DNA of 64,000 bases from Gammaproteobacteria bacterium (GTDB lineage Bacteria > Pseudomonadota > Gammaproteobacteria > SZUA-229): contig JAOULX010000011.1 in assembly GCA_029881795.1 (NCBI GenBank), positions 41,083 through 105,082 on the forward strand, given 5' to 3'. Positions within the stretch are counted from its first letter, which is position 1. Every line of letters begins with the position of its first letter. Shown here piece by piece: positions 27,685 through 39,748 of this stretch. The notes under the pieces are model-generated. The model was not told the origin of the DNA. It saw only the letters and a list, made by a program, of their open reading frames with translations, and did not search any database. Both the position numbers and the translations under genes were made by a program.

Positions 27685-28482
27685 CTATTTTATCAGATTG
27701 CTGATTCGGGCGATGAGCAGGCTTTCTATCAGCGGTTTTTCGATAATATCATTTGCCCCGGCAGAAATAATATTATTGATATGGGAGTTGCGGTCTGGGC
27801 TGGGGGAGGTGGATACCAGAATAGGCAGCTGATCGGGCATTAGGCCAAGCCCGAAACGGATCTCACGAATTAAGTCATCGCCGCTCATCAGGCCCTCAAT
27901 TTGAATATCGGTGAGTACGATATCAAAGCGTTGATTGGTATTGTCAGGGTCCTGGGTCATCGCCAGTAAGGTCAGGGCGTCGGCGGCATTATTCACATGC
28001 TGGTAGCTAAAGCCGTTATTCTCCAGCATATTCGTTACTACCCGGGTAACGGTGGGGCTGTCTTCGACGAACAAAACATGACAGCCGGGGGCTTTATTCC
28101 ATGAGCGTAATGAAAGATAGGACTGGATATACTCGATCAGCTGATCGTTGCCACGGGATTTATCAAAGTAACCGTTAATATGCGGTGATGCGGTGTCATT
28201 CTTAATATTGAGGCTAAAATCACCGGACATCATGATAATCGGAGTATGGCTATCAGCATGATTCTTTCGGAATATTTCGGCAAACTCCTGGGCCTGCATA
28301 TCCGGTAAGCTCATAGCGGTAATAACCAGATCAAAAGAGCAGCTCTGACAGTGTTCCAGAGCTGCTCCAGCAGTATCAAAATCGCTGAGTCTGGCGGAAC
28401 TTAGCTGTTGCTGAATGGTCTTTGAAATAATCGCGCGGCTGGCCTTGGAGCCGTCGATTAATAAAATAGAATGCTCAGTCAT
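27685..28482 (-). CDS. Stand-alone tandem receiver protein (REC-REC); first receiver apparently lacks the phospho-acceptor Asp
   Basis: 265 aa. Domain 1 has ...FDLVITAMSLPDM with Ala at the acceptor position. Domain 2 has ...FDIVLTDIQIEGL...IIEKPL with canonical Asp and Lys. There is no output domain. Confidence 0.6.
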   Translation of the reverse strand: MTEHSILLIDGSKASRAIISKTIQQQLSSARLSDFDTAGAALEHCQSCSFDLVITAMSLPDMQAQEFAEIFRKNHADSHTPIIMMSGDFSLNIKNDTASPHINGYFDKSRGNDQLIEYIQSYLSLRSWNKAPGCHVLFVEDSPTVTRVVTNMLENNGFSYQHVNNAADALTLLAMTQDPDNTNQRFDIVLTDIQIEGLMSGDDLIREIRFGLGLMPDQLPILVSTSPSPDRNSHINNIISAGANDIIEKPLIESLLIARISNLIK

Positions 28483-28619
28483 ACTTTGCTATTCCCGTTA
28501 TCCGGAACTGGATTAAATTTAAAAAACCACCGTTATATTTATTTCTTAAGCACTTTAAAAACTATCCGAGCAGGCAAATTTAGAGAGCCCGTAAAAACTG
28601 CAAACGAGATCAATGATCG

Positions 28620-29582
28620 CTATGTTGGTTCAATTTTACTTAGCTGTCGTCCTACTGCCAGCCAGCTGCCTGCTAAACTTAGCAGACAACTGGTGAAAAG
28701 TAAGATCACTGAATTATCGAAACTCAGGCCAATCAGTTCAAAATCACTGTTGTATAAGCGTGACAGTTTTTGTACCGGTGACGCCAGCAAGAACAGCGCG
28801 ATATTGGTCATCAGCAGTGCCAGAATACTGCCAGCCAGCCCGTACCATAAACCGGTATACAGAAAGGGCCGGCGAATAAAGGCATTAGTGGCACCGATTA
28901 ATTTTGTTACCACGATTTCTTCTTTGCGGTTTTGAATATCGAGACGAATGGTATTACCGACTGTCAGTACTACGGCAACTCCAAGCAGAATGCTGATGAT
29001 CCAGACCGCGCGGCTGGCAATTTCTAACATGCTATAAAGCCGTTTTACCCACTCCAGATCGAGCTGAGCAATATCGACTTCCGGCAGGTTTTTCATTTCG
29101 TTCAGTAGCTGGGAGGCCTGCAAGGGATTATGGTTATTTATAATCGGCTGAATCACAATCACCGCTGGTAACGGGTTTTTGTCGAGTGAATTTAAGGCAT
29201 CTCCAAATCCGGAAATTCGAATAAAATCCTCTAGCGCCTGATCCGGGCTGATGACTCGGGTGCTTTCAATATCATTTCGCAGGTTCAGGCGATGCGCCAG
29301 CTGATCGACTGTTTTCATCGTTACCCGGTCTTTGATAAACAATGACATTTGAGACGAGCTGTCCCAGTCTGCGCTGACCTGATGTACATTGTGCAGCAAC
29401 AAATACATGCCGGCGGGCAGCGCCAGCGCAATAGCAATCACCGTCATGGTCATCATGCTGGCGATAGGGCGACGTGTGAGTTCGCCTAAACTGGAAAGAA
29501 AAACACGTACATGATGGATGAAATAAGCCTTTAAAGGTGCGTTTTTTTGCAGTTTGACGCCGCGCTCAGGAGTTTTAGCCAT
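28620..29582 (-). CDS. ftsX: Cell division ABC transporter permease
   Basis: 320 aa, 4 TM, follows ftsE with overlapping stop/start. Confidence 0.85.
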   Translation of the reverse strand: MAKTPERGVKLQKNAPLKAYFIHHVRVFLSSLGELTRRPIASMMTMTVIAIALALPAGMYLLLHNVHQVSADWDSSSQMSLFIKDRVTMKTVDQLAHRLNLRNDIESTRVISPDQALEDFIRISGFGDALNSLDKNPLPAVIVIQPIINNHNPLQASQLLNEMKNLPEVDIAQLDLEWVKRLYSMLEIASRAVWIISILLGVAVVLTVGNTIRLDIQNRKEEIVVTKLIGATNAFIRRPFLYTGLWYGLAGSILALLMTNIALFLLASPVQKLSRLYNSDFELIGLSFDNSVILLFTSCLLSLAGSWLAVGRQLSKIEPT

Positions 29583-30262
29583 CAGCTTATCGCCCTTGAC
29601 GTTAAGTCATTACGTATCAGCTGACCATCATCCAGTGAAATCACCGGGTAACCCATTTCGTCAATTAAGTTGAGGTCATGGCTGGCAATCAAGACGGAAA
29701 CACCAACCTGATTAAAACGCTCAAATAAGTGCATAATTTCTTTAGATAAATCCGGGTCAAGGTTACCGGTGGGCTCGTCTGCCAGTAATAACGGTGGTTT
29801 ATGGACAATGGCGCGGGCAATGCCAACGCGCTGTTGTTCACCGCCGGATAAGGTAATTGGCATGGCCTTTTCTTTATTTAATAAATCGACCTGATCGAGT
29901 GCTGCGCGGACCCGTTTGCTGATTTCCTGGTGTCGAAAACCGGCGATGATTAATGGCATGGCGACGTTCTGGTACACGGTGCGGTCATTCAGCAGTTGAT
30001 GGTTCTGAAAAATAATGCCGATATTGCGGCGGATGTACGGAATCTTATGTTTGCCAATCTGATTCAGGTTGACTCCATCGAGAAAAACCTGGCCACGGCT
30101 GGGCCGCTCTATCATTGCGATCAGTTTTAGCAAGGTGCTTTTACCGGCTCCTGAATGGCCGGTTAAATAAGCCATTTGGCCGCGTGGCAGATGGTAGTTA
30201 ACACCTAGCAAGGCTTCAAAGCCGCCCGGGTATTGTTTACTGACATTATCAAAACGGATCAT
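29582..30262 (-). CDS. ftsE: Cell division ABC transporter ATPase
   Basis: 226 aa; Walker [10 protein letters not shown], signature LSGGEQQRV, Walker [13 protein letters not shown]. Confidence 0.9.
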   Translation of the reverse strand: MIRFDNVSKQYPGGFEALLGVNYHLPRGQMAYLTGHSGAGKSTLLKLIAMIERPSRGQVFLDGVNLNQIGKHKIPYIRRNIGIIFQNHQLLNDRTVYQNVAMPLIIAGFRHQEISKRVRAALDQVDLLNKEKAMPITLSGGEQQRVGIARAIVHKPPLLLADEPTGNLDPDLSKEIMHLFERFNQVGVSVLIASHDLNLIDEMGYPVISLDDGQLIRNDLTSRAIS

Positions 30263-30439
30263 GAATTCCCCATTTGGTCCGTGTGAATCGTTATCGTTAT
30301 TCTGACTAGTGTGCCATAAATGGTGATATTTTTCATGGCAGAATTAATTGGCTTGAAACTTGGTGTGGTGGTAGCTGAAAATTTAAAAATCATGCTTCTA
30401 TCATTTTATGGCAAGGTGTGAGTGTTTTCATCGTAGATA

Positions 30440-31110
30440 CATTGCCGGTAGTCGCACCGGCGAGCGAGGCATTTTTTCCTACAGCTGAAAAAGTACCGTA
30501 CTTGCGTGTGTAGGTGACACGTTAATTAATAGCGCGATAGCGCGCATACTATCTAATGAAAGCCGCCCTAACCCAGTTTGCCCTGCGGGTTCCCATGCCT
30601 TGTAAATACAGTCACTATCAAACTATGTACTGTAATAGTGATAGCCTCTCTAACGGGTCATTTTCATTCGCATCCCTCGGTAACCGCTCCTGCGTTACTC
30701 TACCTCCTGCATCCATGCAGTCGTGCTCAAGAAAACTTAATCTGCCGTCCATGGCAGATTATCCCTTTCTAGAAACAATGCATGGCAAACTGCGAGACGG
30801 GAGCAATAATTAAAAACAGATAGTAACTACTAGATTTTAGTCCTTTTTATTTTCTTTTGAATTCGACTTTGACTCACCGCTCCCCATTTAAGCAAGCCGA
30901 GGAAGGCGTAATATGGACGGGGCTTTCTGCGAGGATGTTTGAGTGAATGGTGTTTTTTATCATTCACGAGTTCCGCAGCAGCCGTCGATATTTCGACTGA
31001 CGAGGGAACCCTTATGCTTTTTATAAGGGATTGGTTAACGGGGCGGCTTTCTTTTCGTTAGTTTTCTGTAGCTGTAGACAGAAAAGTGACCTGCTGTCGG
31101 TCAGCCACCG
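30440..31110. repeat. Copy B of the ORF-less hairpin-rich mosaic repeat element, inserted between ftsE and ftsY
   Basis: X module is reverse-complemented at 30672-30730 (CTGCATCCATGCAG). Y module is direct at 30832-30985, and W module direct at 30960-31095. It has TIR-like ends GAAAGCCGCCC (30558-30568) / GGGCGGCTTTC (31042-31052). Hairpin CCCTTAT-GCTTTTT-ATAAGGG at 31010-31030 is a compensatory variant of the copy A hairpin. Confidence 0.55.
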
Positions 31111-31149
31111 ACGCTGTTGACGTTGACTTTGGTTTTATAAAAAACAAAC

Positions 31150-32130
31150 TCAATCTGGCTGATGATCCAGTAACGCATTAACAAACTCTTCTGCATTAAA
31201 CTCGCGTAAATCCTCAATGCCTTCACCGACACCAATATAACGAATAGGCAAGCCGAGTTTTTGGGAAATCGCCAACAAAATACCGCCTTTTGCTGTGCCA
31301 TCGAGCTTGGTTACCGTTAGTCCGGTTACATTCATGGCCTGATGGAACTGCTCAGCCTGAATCAGGCCGTTTTGACCAAAGCCTGCATCGATTACCAGCA
31401 TAACTTCGTGTGGCGCGGACTCGTCGAGTCGGGCCATCACCCGGCGAATTTTTACCAGCTCTTGCATCAGGTTGCTTTGCGTGTGCAGACGCCCTGCTGT
31501 ATCGGCAATTACGATATCAATACCTTTGGCTTGTGCAGACTGTACCGCGTCGAAGATGACAGAAGCAGAGTCTGCTCCTGTGCCTTGTGCGATAACCGCT
31601 ACCTCGTTGCGCTCACCCCAGGTTTTAAGTTGTTCGACGGCTGCAGCGCGGAAGGTGTCGCCGGCCGCGAGCATGACGGATTTTCCCTGATTTTGAAAAC
31701 GTTTGGCCAGCTTGCCGATGGTGGTGGTTTTACCAGCACCGTTGATGCCCACTACCAGTATTACAAAAGGCTGATTGGTGTCAGTTTGCAGGGCTTGTTG
31801 AGCCGGTTTCAGCAGTTCAATCATATCGCTTGAGAGACACTGCATTAGCGCTTCTGGGTTGTTCATTTCTTTGCGTGAAAGCCGCTTGCTCAGATCGGCG
31901 ATAATTTTCTGGGTGACCTCTATACCGACGTCGGCGCTGAGCAGACGGGTTTCCAGTTGTTCCAGAATATCCTCATCGATGGCTTTTGAACCGAGCAGAA
32001 TATCGGCTAAACCGTCAGTAAATCCGCGACGTGATTTGGTGATTGACTGATGCAGTGTTTTTTCAGGCTGTGATGCAGCAGGGGCGGCTGAAGCGTTTGT
32101 TTTTTTGTTTCGTTTTAGAAAACCGAACAT
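31150..32130 (-). CDS. ftsY: Signal recognition particle receptor
   Basis: 326 aa; NG domain GVNGAGKTTTIGKLA, DTAGR, TKLDGTAKGG motifs. Confidence 0.9.
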   Translation of the reverse strand: MFGFLKRNKKTNASAAPAASQPEKTLHQSITKSRRGFTDGLADILLGSKAIDEDILEQLETRLLSADVGIEVTQKIIADLSKRLSRKEMNNPEALMQCLSSDMIELLKPAQQALQTDTNQPFVILVVGINGAGKTTTIGKLAKRFQNQGKSVMLAAGDTFRAAAVEQLKTWGERNEVAVIAQGTGADSASVIFDAVQSAQAKGIDIVIADTAGRLHTQSNLMQELVKIRRVMARLDESAPHEVMLVIDAGFGQNGLIQAEQFHQAMNVTGLTVTKLDGTAKGGILLAISQKLGLPIRYIGVGEGIEDLREFNAEEFVNALLDHQPD

Positions 32131-32371
32131 GAAATAATGTGCCTGATTATTGGGTTAAGTGGTGTCTGTCAGAGGCGAACAGACTGCGATTCATCAAGTT
32201 GCGATCCATTATATCTAATTATGCGTTATTCGTCCCTAACAACGACAGAAGTGTCAGCTCTGTTAAAAATACTGGAAATACATAAGCAGGTGATTGATAT
32301 CTGCAGTATTTAGGGCTAGAGATAGGTAACGACGAGAAAGAATTCGACTTTTACTAGATAGGCGAAGTAGT

Positions 32372-33562
32372 TTGGAAAAGCGCTTAAAGCCCAGTTTATT
32401 AAGAAATTTATTAATATCCTTTTTGGTATTAGGGTTTATTGTGGGTGCAATTTTCCCCTTTTATGCAGAGATTTTTGTGGTTTTTAAGCCCGACATGTAT
32501 ATCGGGTTTTTTGTTGGCTGTTTGGTCGCTGGTGTGATGATAGGTGTTGCTAATTATTTTCTGGTTAAGCTTATCTTATTAAGCAAGCTGGCCAAAATAG
32601 CCGATGTTGCTAATGCCATCAGCAACAAAGATGTCAGTCTGCAATGCTCAATGGAAAGTGATGATGTTGTCGGAGACATTATCGACAGTTTTAACAGAAT
32701 GGCACTGACATTAAGGCAGCTGGTACAAACCATGCAGTCTGAAACCAAGGCATTGCATTCATCGGTTCATGAATTGAAAGAATCGGCAGTAAATGCTGCA
32801 TCTGCAATACACCAACAGTTAGCTACGGTCGAACAAGTGGTATCTGACGTTAATCAAATGTTTGTAAAATCAGCCGATGTGGCAAACAGCACGGCTGATA
32901 CAGCGAAGGCAACTGAAGTGGCCGATGAGCAGGGTAATACGGCAAAACTGGTTATCGTAGAGGCAATGTGTGCGGTCGATACACTGGCAGAAATGGTGCA
33001 AAGCGCGACCGATGTGGTTTCAAAGCTGGAAAGTGACAGTGCCAATATTGGTGATGTGCTGGCGGTAATCAACGGGATCGCCGAGCAAACCAATCTGCTG
33101 GCATTAAATGCGGCGATAGAAGCGGCCCGTGCCGGCGAGCAGGGACGTGGTTTTGCGGTGGTGGCCGATGAAGTGCGGATGCTGGCAACCCGAACCCAGC
33201 ATTCAACACAGGAAATCACCGGAATGACTGAAAATCTGCTCAGTGGCACTCAAAAAGCAGTGTCAGCGATGGCCCAGGGTAAAGAGAGTGCGCAGCAAGG
33301 CGTGGATTTAACAGAACAAGCTGTCGAGGCATTAGCGGCTATTTCTTCGGCAATCGGTACGGTGAAAGATATGAATTTACAAATTGCTGAGGCCGCAGAT
33401 GTACAAAGTCAGGTAATGAATGATGTCAATCAGAATGTACAGGGGCTCAGTGATGTAATGATGCAATCGTCAAGCAACCTGGATGTGATTAATCAAGCCA
33501 GTGCGGACGTTAATCAGCGCATTAAGAATCTGGAAATAATAATCAGTGATTATAAAACCTGA
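32372..33562 (+). CDS. Methyl-accepting chemotaxis protein-like transducer without periplasmic sensor domain
   Basis: 396 aa; two N-terminal TM helices with minimal loop, then highly conserved MCP signalling domain ([30 protein letters not shown]). Confidence 0.7.
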   Translation: MEKRLKPSLLRNLLISFLVLGFIVGAIFPFYAEIFVVFKPDMYIGFFVGCLVAGVMIGVANYFLVKLILLSKLAKIADVANAISNKDVSLQCSMESDDVVGDIIDSFNRMALTLRQLVQTMQSETKALHSSVHELKESAVNAASAIHQQLATVEQVVSDVNQMFVKSADVANSTADTAKATEVADEQGNTAKLVIVEAMCAVDTLAEMVQSATDVVSKLESDSANIGDVLAVINGIAEQTNLLALNAAIEAARAGEQGRGFAVVADEVRMLATRTQHSTQEITGMTENLLSGTQKAVSAMAQGKESAQQGVDLTEQAVEALAAISSAIGTVKDMNLQIAEAADVQSQVMNDVNQNVQGLSDVMMQSSSNLDVINQASADVNQRIKNLEIIISDYKT

Positions 33563-33769
33563 GCGCTTACGAGCGGTCTGAGCTGCTGTCTTGTTTACGT
33601 CGGCGTGAGCGCAAGACGGTAATGTTGTACTGACTTTTCTGTTCAATACACGGTATCATGCGGTGAACTTGCCGGATCTTTGCCGGTCTACAGATGATGA
33701 GAAATTTGCGTACTTTAGTTAGCTGCGGCAAAGTTCGAAGCATCTTTATTATATGTTTTTGGGGTTAAT

Positions 33770-35191
33770 ATGCGTTGGATAGGAATTATTGTCGGCACCC
33801 TTATGTTTGTTGCCGGATATGTGTACCTGTGGGAAGAAGAAATACCACCGGCAGTGATGTTGTCTTCCAGTGAAAGTATAAACGTCTATCAGCTGGCTAA
33901 TGGCATGAAGGTATTAGTGCAGGAAGATGACCGCTCTAATGTGGTGGTTTCGCAAGTCTGGTATAAAGTCGGTGCCAGTTACGAACCCGAAGGTAAAACA
34001 GGTATGTCGCATGTTCTCGAACATATGATGTTCAAAGGAACTGATGACTATTCAGCGGGAAAATTTTCAGAAATCATTGCGCTAAATGGTGGTCGTGAAA
34101 ATGCTTTTACCAGTAAGGATTACACGGCCTACTTTCAGCGTATTGCCAGTGACCGGCTGGAATTATGTCTGGAACTTGAAGCTGACCGGATGCGTAATCT
34201 GACGCTTGATGAGGCGGAGTTTAAAAAAGAAGTCGAAGTGGTGAAAGAAGAGCGTAGGCTGCGTACCGAAGATAGTCCTACCTCGCTGACCTATGAACGC
34301 TTTAATGCAACTGCATTTAAAAGCGGACCATATCATCATCCGGTAATTGGCTGGATGGAAGATCTGGATAAGATGACGGTTGCTGATCTACGCGACTGGT
34401 ATAACAAATGGTATGCACCCAATAACGCAACACTGGTTGTTAGCGGAGACGTTAAGGCGGATCAGGTTGTTGAGCTGGCGAATAAATATTTTGGCAGAAT
34501 TAAAGCTCAACAAGTGCCTCAGCAGGCGGTTGCTAGCGCAGAATCTCAGCAATCGAGCCGCTATTTAAAAGTTGCTTTGCCGGCTCAAGTGCCTTATCTG
34601 CTGATTGGCTATAAGGTGCCCAGCCTGACTCAGGCAAAGACTGCAGAGATCGAGTCAGATGTGTATGCGCTGGAGGTTTTATCAGGCTTGCTTGACGGTG
34701 GTAACAGCACACGGTTGTCAAAAAATCTGGTCAGAGGCCGGGAAATAGCCAGCAGTGCCGGTGCCGGTTATAACCTTTACGATCGTCTGAATACACTGTT
34801 TATATTAAGTGGTTTGCCATCAGCGAAAAGCAATATCAGTGAGTTGAAACAGGCACTATTTGATGAAGTTGAAAAACTTAAAAGTAATCCGCCGGAACAA
34901 TCAGAACTGGATCGTGTTAAAGCCCAGGTTATCGCGGCTAATGTCTATGAAAAAGATTCGATTTTTTATCAGGCAATGCAGTTAGGTATTCTGGAAACGA
35001 CCGGGCTGGGCTGGAACAAAAAAGATGAATATCTTGAAAAAATAAGCAGTATTACACCGCAGCAGGTGCAGGATGTTGCCAATAAATATTTTGTTGAAGA
35101 AACGCTGACGATAGCTGAACTAAAACCATTGCCAATGCAAAAGGCAAAGCAAACCAGAACAAATTCAGCAGGAGCCCGTCATGCAAATTAA
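33770..35191 (+). CDS. M16-family zinc peptidase (active subunit, HxxEH)
   Basis: 473 aa; HVLEHMMFKGT inverted zinc-binding motif. Confidence 0.8.
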   Translation: MRWIGIIVGTLMFVAGYVYLWEEEIPPAVMLSSSESINVYQLANGMKVLVQEDDRSNVVVSQVWYKVGASYEPEGKTGMSHVLEHMMFKGTDDYSAGKFSEIIALNGGRENAFTSKDYTAYFQRIASDRLELCLELEADRMRNLTLDEAEFKKEVEVVKEERRLRTEDSPTSLTYERFNATAFKSGPYHHPVIGWMEDLDKMTVADLRDWYNKWYAPNNATLVVSGDVKADQVVELANKYFGRIKAQQVPQQAVASAESQQSSRYLKVALPAQVPYLLIGYKVPSLTQAKTAEIESDVYALEVLSGLLDGGNSTRLSKNLVRGREIASSAGAGYNLYDRLNTLFILSGLPSAKSNISELKQALFDEVEKLKSNPPEQSELDRVKAQVIAANVYEKDSIFYQAMQLGILETTGLGWNKKDEYLEKISSITPQQVQDVANKYFVEETLTIAELKPLPMQKAKQTRTNSAGARHAN

Positions 35192-36477
35192 TACACGTTT
35201 TATATTATTAGTGACGACGCTGTTATTGTCGGCAGTTAGTCTGAATGCTTTTGCCTCGCCGAGGATATTGCAGTGGCATACAGCAAAAGGCACGCCGGTA
35301 TATTTTGTTGAATCAAAACAGTTACCGATTGTTGATATTCGTATTATTTTCGATGCCGGCAGTGCGCGTGATGACAGTCAGGCTGGACTGGCCGTGTTAA
35401 CCAATGCCTTACTGGCGGAAGGCGCGGCAGAAAAATCAGCGCAACAGATTGCAGAGCAATTTGAAGATGTCGGTGCACAGTTCGGTAACGGTGCACTGCG
35501 TGATATGGCATGGCTGAGTTTGCGCAGTTTACGTGATGATCGTTATCTGCGACCCGCATTATTAACCTTAAAAGATCTGCTCAGTAAGCCGACATTTTCT
35601 GAAGAAAGTTTTCAGCGTGAACTGGCTAATCTTAAGGTCGCAAGACAAGCTGCCAAACAGTCACCTGAAACGCTGGCGTCGGAGGCTTTTTATAAAGCGC
35701 TCTATGGTGATCACCCGTATGCATCGCCGGTAAACGGTGACGATGAAAGCCTGATATCTATGCAGCGCAAGCAGGTGCTGAATTTTTACGATCGCTATTA
35801 CGTCAGCAGCAATGCCGTTATTGCCATTGTTGGTCAGCTAACTCGGGCGCAGGCAGAAAATATGGCCGATGATCTGGTGTCGGAGTTAAAAAAAGGGATT
35901 AAAATTCCGCCGCTGCCTCCGGTAAAAAATCTGTCAGAGGCACAGACGATAAAAATTGATTTTCCATCCCAGCAAACACATATCATGATGGGGCAGCCGG
36001 GCACTCAGCGCGGTGACAAAGACTATTTTTCTTTGTATGTGGCAAACCATCCTTTCGGTGGCAGCGGTTTTTCTTCCCGACTGGTTGATGAAATCAGAGA
36101 GAAGCGCGGTCTGGCCTATAGTGTGCATAGTTATTTTTCACCGAGTCGCGAGCTCGGGCCATTTTTAATCGGCATGCAAACAAAAAATGAACAGGCACAG
36201 CAGGCACTTGGTTTACTGACATCTGAACTGCAAAAGTTCTGGCAGAAAGGGCCGACTGAAGACGAGCTGGAATCAACAGTTAAAAACATTACTGGCGGTT
36301 TTCCGTTACGCATAGACAGTAATAAAAAAATCGTGGAATATCTGTCGATGATTGGTTTTTATCACTTGCCGCTGGACTACCTGCATAACTTTAATCGTCA
36401 GATTGAAGCGGTTACGCTGGAGCAGATCAAGTCGGCACTGCAAAGAAGACTAAATCCTGAAAAAATGATCACGGTGA

Positions 36478-37571
<1,094 letters not shown>

Positions 37572-37592
37572 AATGCAGACACAGCAACATAG

Positions 37593-37865
<273 letters not shown>

Positions 37866-37876
37866 TCATGGAATCA

Positions 37877-37902
37877 AAAGGCCCTTCAAGGGCCTTTTTT
37901 TA
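37877..37902 (+). terminator. Rho-independent terminator after fdx
   Basis: AAAAGGCCCTTCAAGGGCCTTTTTTTAT. Confidence 0.65.
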
Positions 37903-37960
37903 TTTGAATTTTTCTGTTTCAATAAATTAATATCGACAAAACCTGTCAGGCGCTTGAGCT

Positions 37961-39715
37961 GTGCAGAGCCTGCTTGGCTGGGAGAGAAAGGGAATGTCAA
38001 AAGAGATTTTAGCAATGCATCTGATTAACATCATCGTGAAAAATAGTCGTCAATACCTGCAAACCATAGCCTCTGTGACTTTAATGCTGCTGTCATTTAC
38101 TGTCCATAGTGCCAGTTTAAGTCAGGCCGGGGTGGCCAGCGCGCATCCACTGGCTACCGAAATTGGCGAACGGATATTAAAGAATGGCGGTAATGCGATA
38201 GATGCTGCGGTTGCCATCAGTGCAGCGCTGGCGGTGGTTGAGCCCTATGGTTCGGGGCTTGGCGGCGGTGGTTTCTGGCTGGTGCACAATGCGCTTGATG
38301 GCAAAGATATCATGATCGATGGCCGTGAACGGGCGCCACTGGCAGCGTCTAGAGATATGTATCTGGATAAAAACGGCGAGGTCGACCATAAAAAATCCAT
38401 GGACGGTGCTTTGGCTGCCGGCATCCCGGGCGTACCCGCAGCATTGCAGTACCTGTCTGAAACCTATGGTTTACTGGATTTAAGCACTAGTCTTGAGCCG
38501 GCTATTTTGCTGGCGCGTGATGGGTTTAAAGTGGATGCGTATTTTGCCAGAATGGTGAAATTCAGACTTGAGGCATTACGCGCCTCGGAACAGGCTGCTC
38601 GACTGTTTTTGCAAAATAATGAGGTCCCGGCGCTGGGCCATGTGATCAAGCAGGAAGAGCTGGCAAATACGCTAGAGCTGATCGCAAATAAAGGTATGGA
38701 AGGATTTTATCGGGGTGAGCTGGCTGAAAAATTAGTTAAAGGGGTGCAGCAGGCCGGTGGTATCTGGACACTTGACGATTTAATGAATTATCAGGTGGTG
38801 CCGCGAGTGCCGGTTGTCAGTCGCTACAAGGGTATGAAAGTGACCTCGGCTGCGCTGCCATCATCAGGCGGTATCGTGATGGCAGAAGTGTTCAATATGT
38901 TGTCGTTAAAAGACCTGGAAATTGTCAGTCGTGCTGAACAGGTGCATTTAATTGTTGAAGCCATGCGCCGCGCCTACAGAGACAGAGCGCAATATCTGGG
39001 CGATAGCGATTATGTAGAGGTGGCGGTTAAAAAGTTAACCAGCCAGAGTTACGCCGACAGTTTAGCGGCCGGCATCAACAGTAAAGAGGCAACTGCCAGC
39101 GCATCTTTAAAGCCGGTGGGGTTTGAAAGTGGCGGCAATAATACCACTCATTTCTCGGTGATTGATCAGCGTGGTAACAGGGTCTCGGCAACACTGTCAG
39201 TTAACTATCCCTTTGGCTCCGGCTACATCGTGCCCGGAACTGGTATTTTGCTGAATGATGAGATGGATGATTTTTCCGCTAAGCCTGGTGTGCCGAACGC
39301 TTATGGTCTGGTGGGTGCCGAGGCTAATGCAATAGCCCCTGGTAAGCGGATGTTGTCGAGCATGTCGCCAACGTTTTTAGAAACAGAAGATCGCATTGCT
39401 GTGGTTGGCACACCTGGAGGCAGCCGAATTATCAGTATGGTGATTCTGGCTGCGCTGGAATTTTATAAGGGTGCCGACGCTAAAACGATGGTTGATTTAC
39501 CGCGTATCCATCACCAGTATTTGCCCGATAAGATCTTTTATGAAAAAGATGCACTGACAGCAGCTGATATTGAAACGCTTGGGCTGATGGGCCATCAGTT
39601 AAGCGAGGGCAATAGCTGGGGTAATATGCATGCAGTTATCTGGCATAAAAAGAAAAAAGTTATTGATGCTGCATCGGATTACCGGGGTATTGGTAAAGCG
39701 GTTGTCATCAAATAA
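37961..39715 (+). CDS. ggt: Gamma-glutamyltranspeptidase
   Basis: 584 aa; catalytic Thr segment TTHFSVIDQRGN and GGT family motifs; alternative start 37994. Confidence 0.85.
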   Translation: MQSLLGWERKGMSKEILAMHLINIIVKNSRQYLQTIASVTLMLLSFTVHSASLSQAGVASAHPLATEIGERILKNGGNAIDAAVAISAALAVVEPYGSGLGGGGFWLVHNALDGKDIMIDGRERAPLAASRDMYLDKNGEVDHKKSMDGALAAGIPGVPAALQYLSETYGLLDLSTSLEPAILLARDGFKVDAYFARMVKFRLEALRASEQAARLFLQNNEVPALGHVIKQEELANTLELIANKGMEGFYRGELAEKLVKGVQQAGGIWTLDDLMNYQVVPRVPVVSRYKGMKVTSAALPSSGGIVMAEVFNMLSLKDLEIVSRAEQVHLIVEAMRRAYRDRAQYLGDSDYVEVAVKKLTSQSYADSLAAGINSKEATASASLKPVGFESGGNNTTHFSVIDQRGNRVSATLSVNYPFGSGYIVPGTGILLNDEMDDFSAKPGVPNAYGLVGAEANAIAPGKRMLSSMSPTFLETEDRIAVVGTPGGSRIISMVILAALEFYKGADAKTMVDLPRIHHQYLPDKIFYEKDALTAADIETLGLMGHQLSEGNSWGNMHAVIWHKKKKVIDAASDYRGIGKAVVIK

Positions 39716-39748
39716 AGTCATACTAATAAATAATCGGGTTCAGCGTTA

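Noticed and set aside
30440-31110. Repeat copies as an integron attC/cassette array or a CRISPR array.
   Set aside because: There are no regularly spaced short direct repeats with unique spacers. GTTAACG does not fit the GTTRRRY attC core. There is no intI or cas gene in the window.
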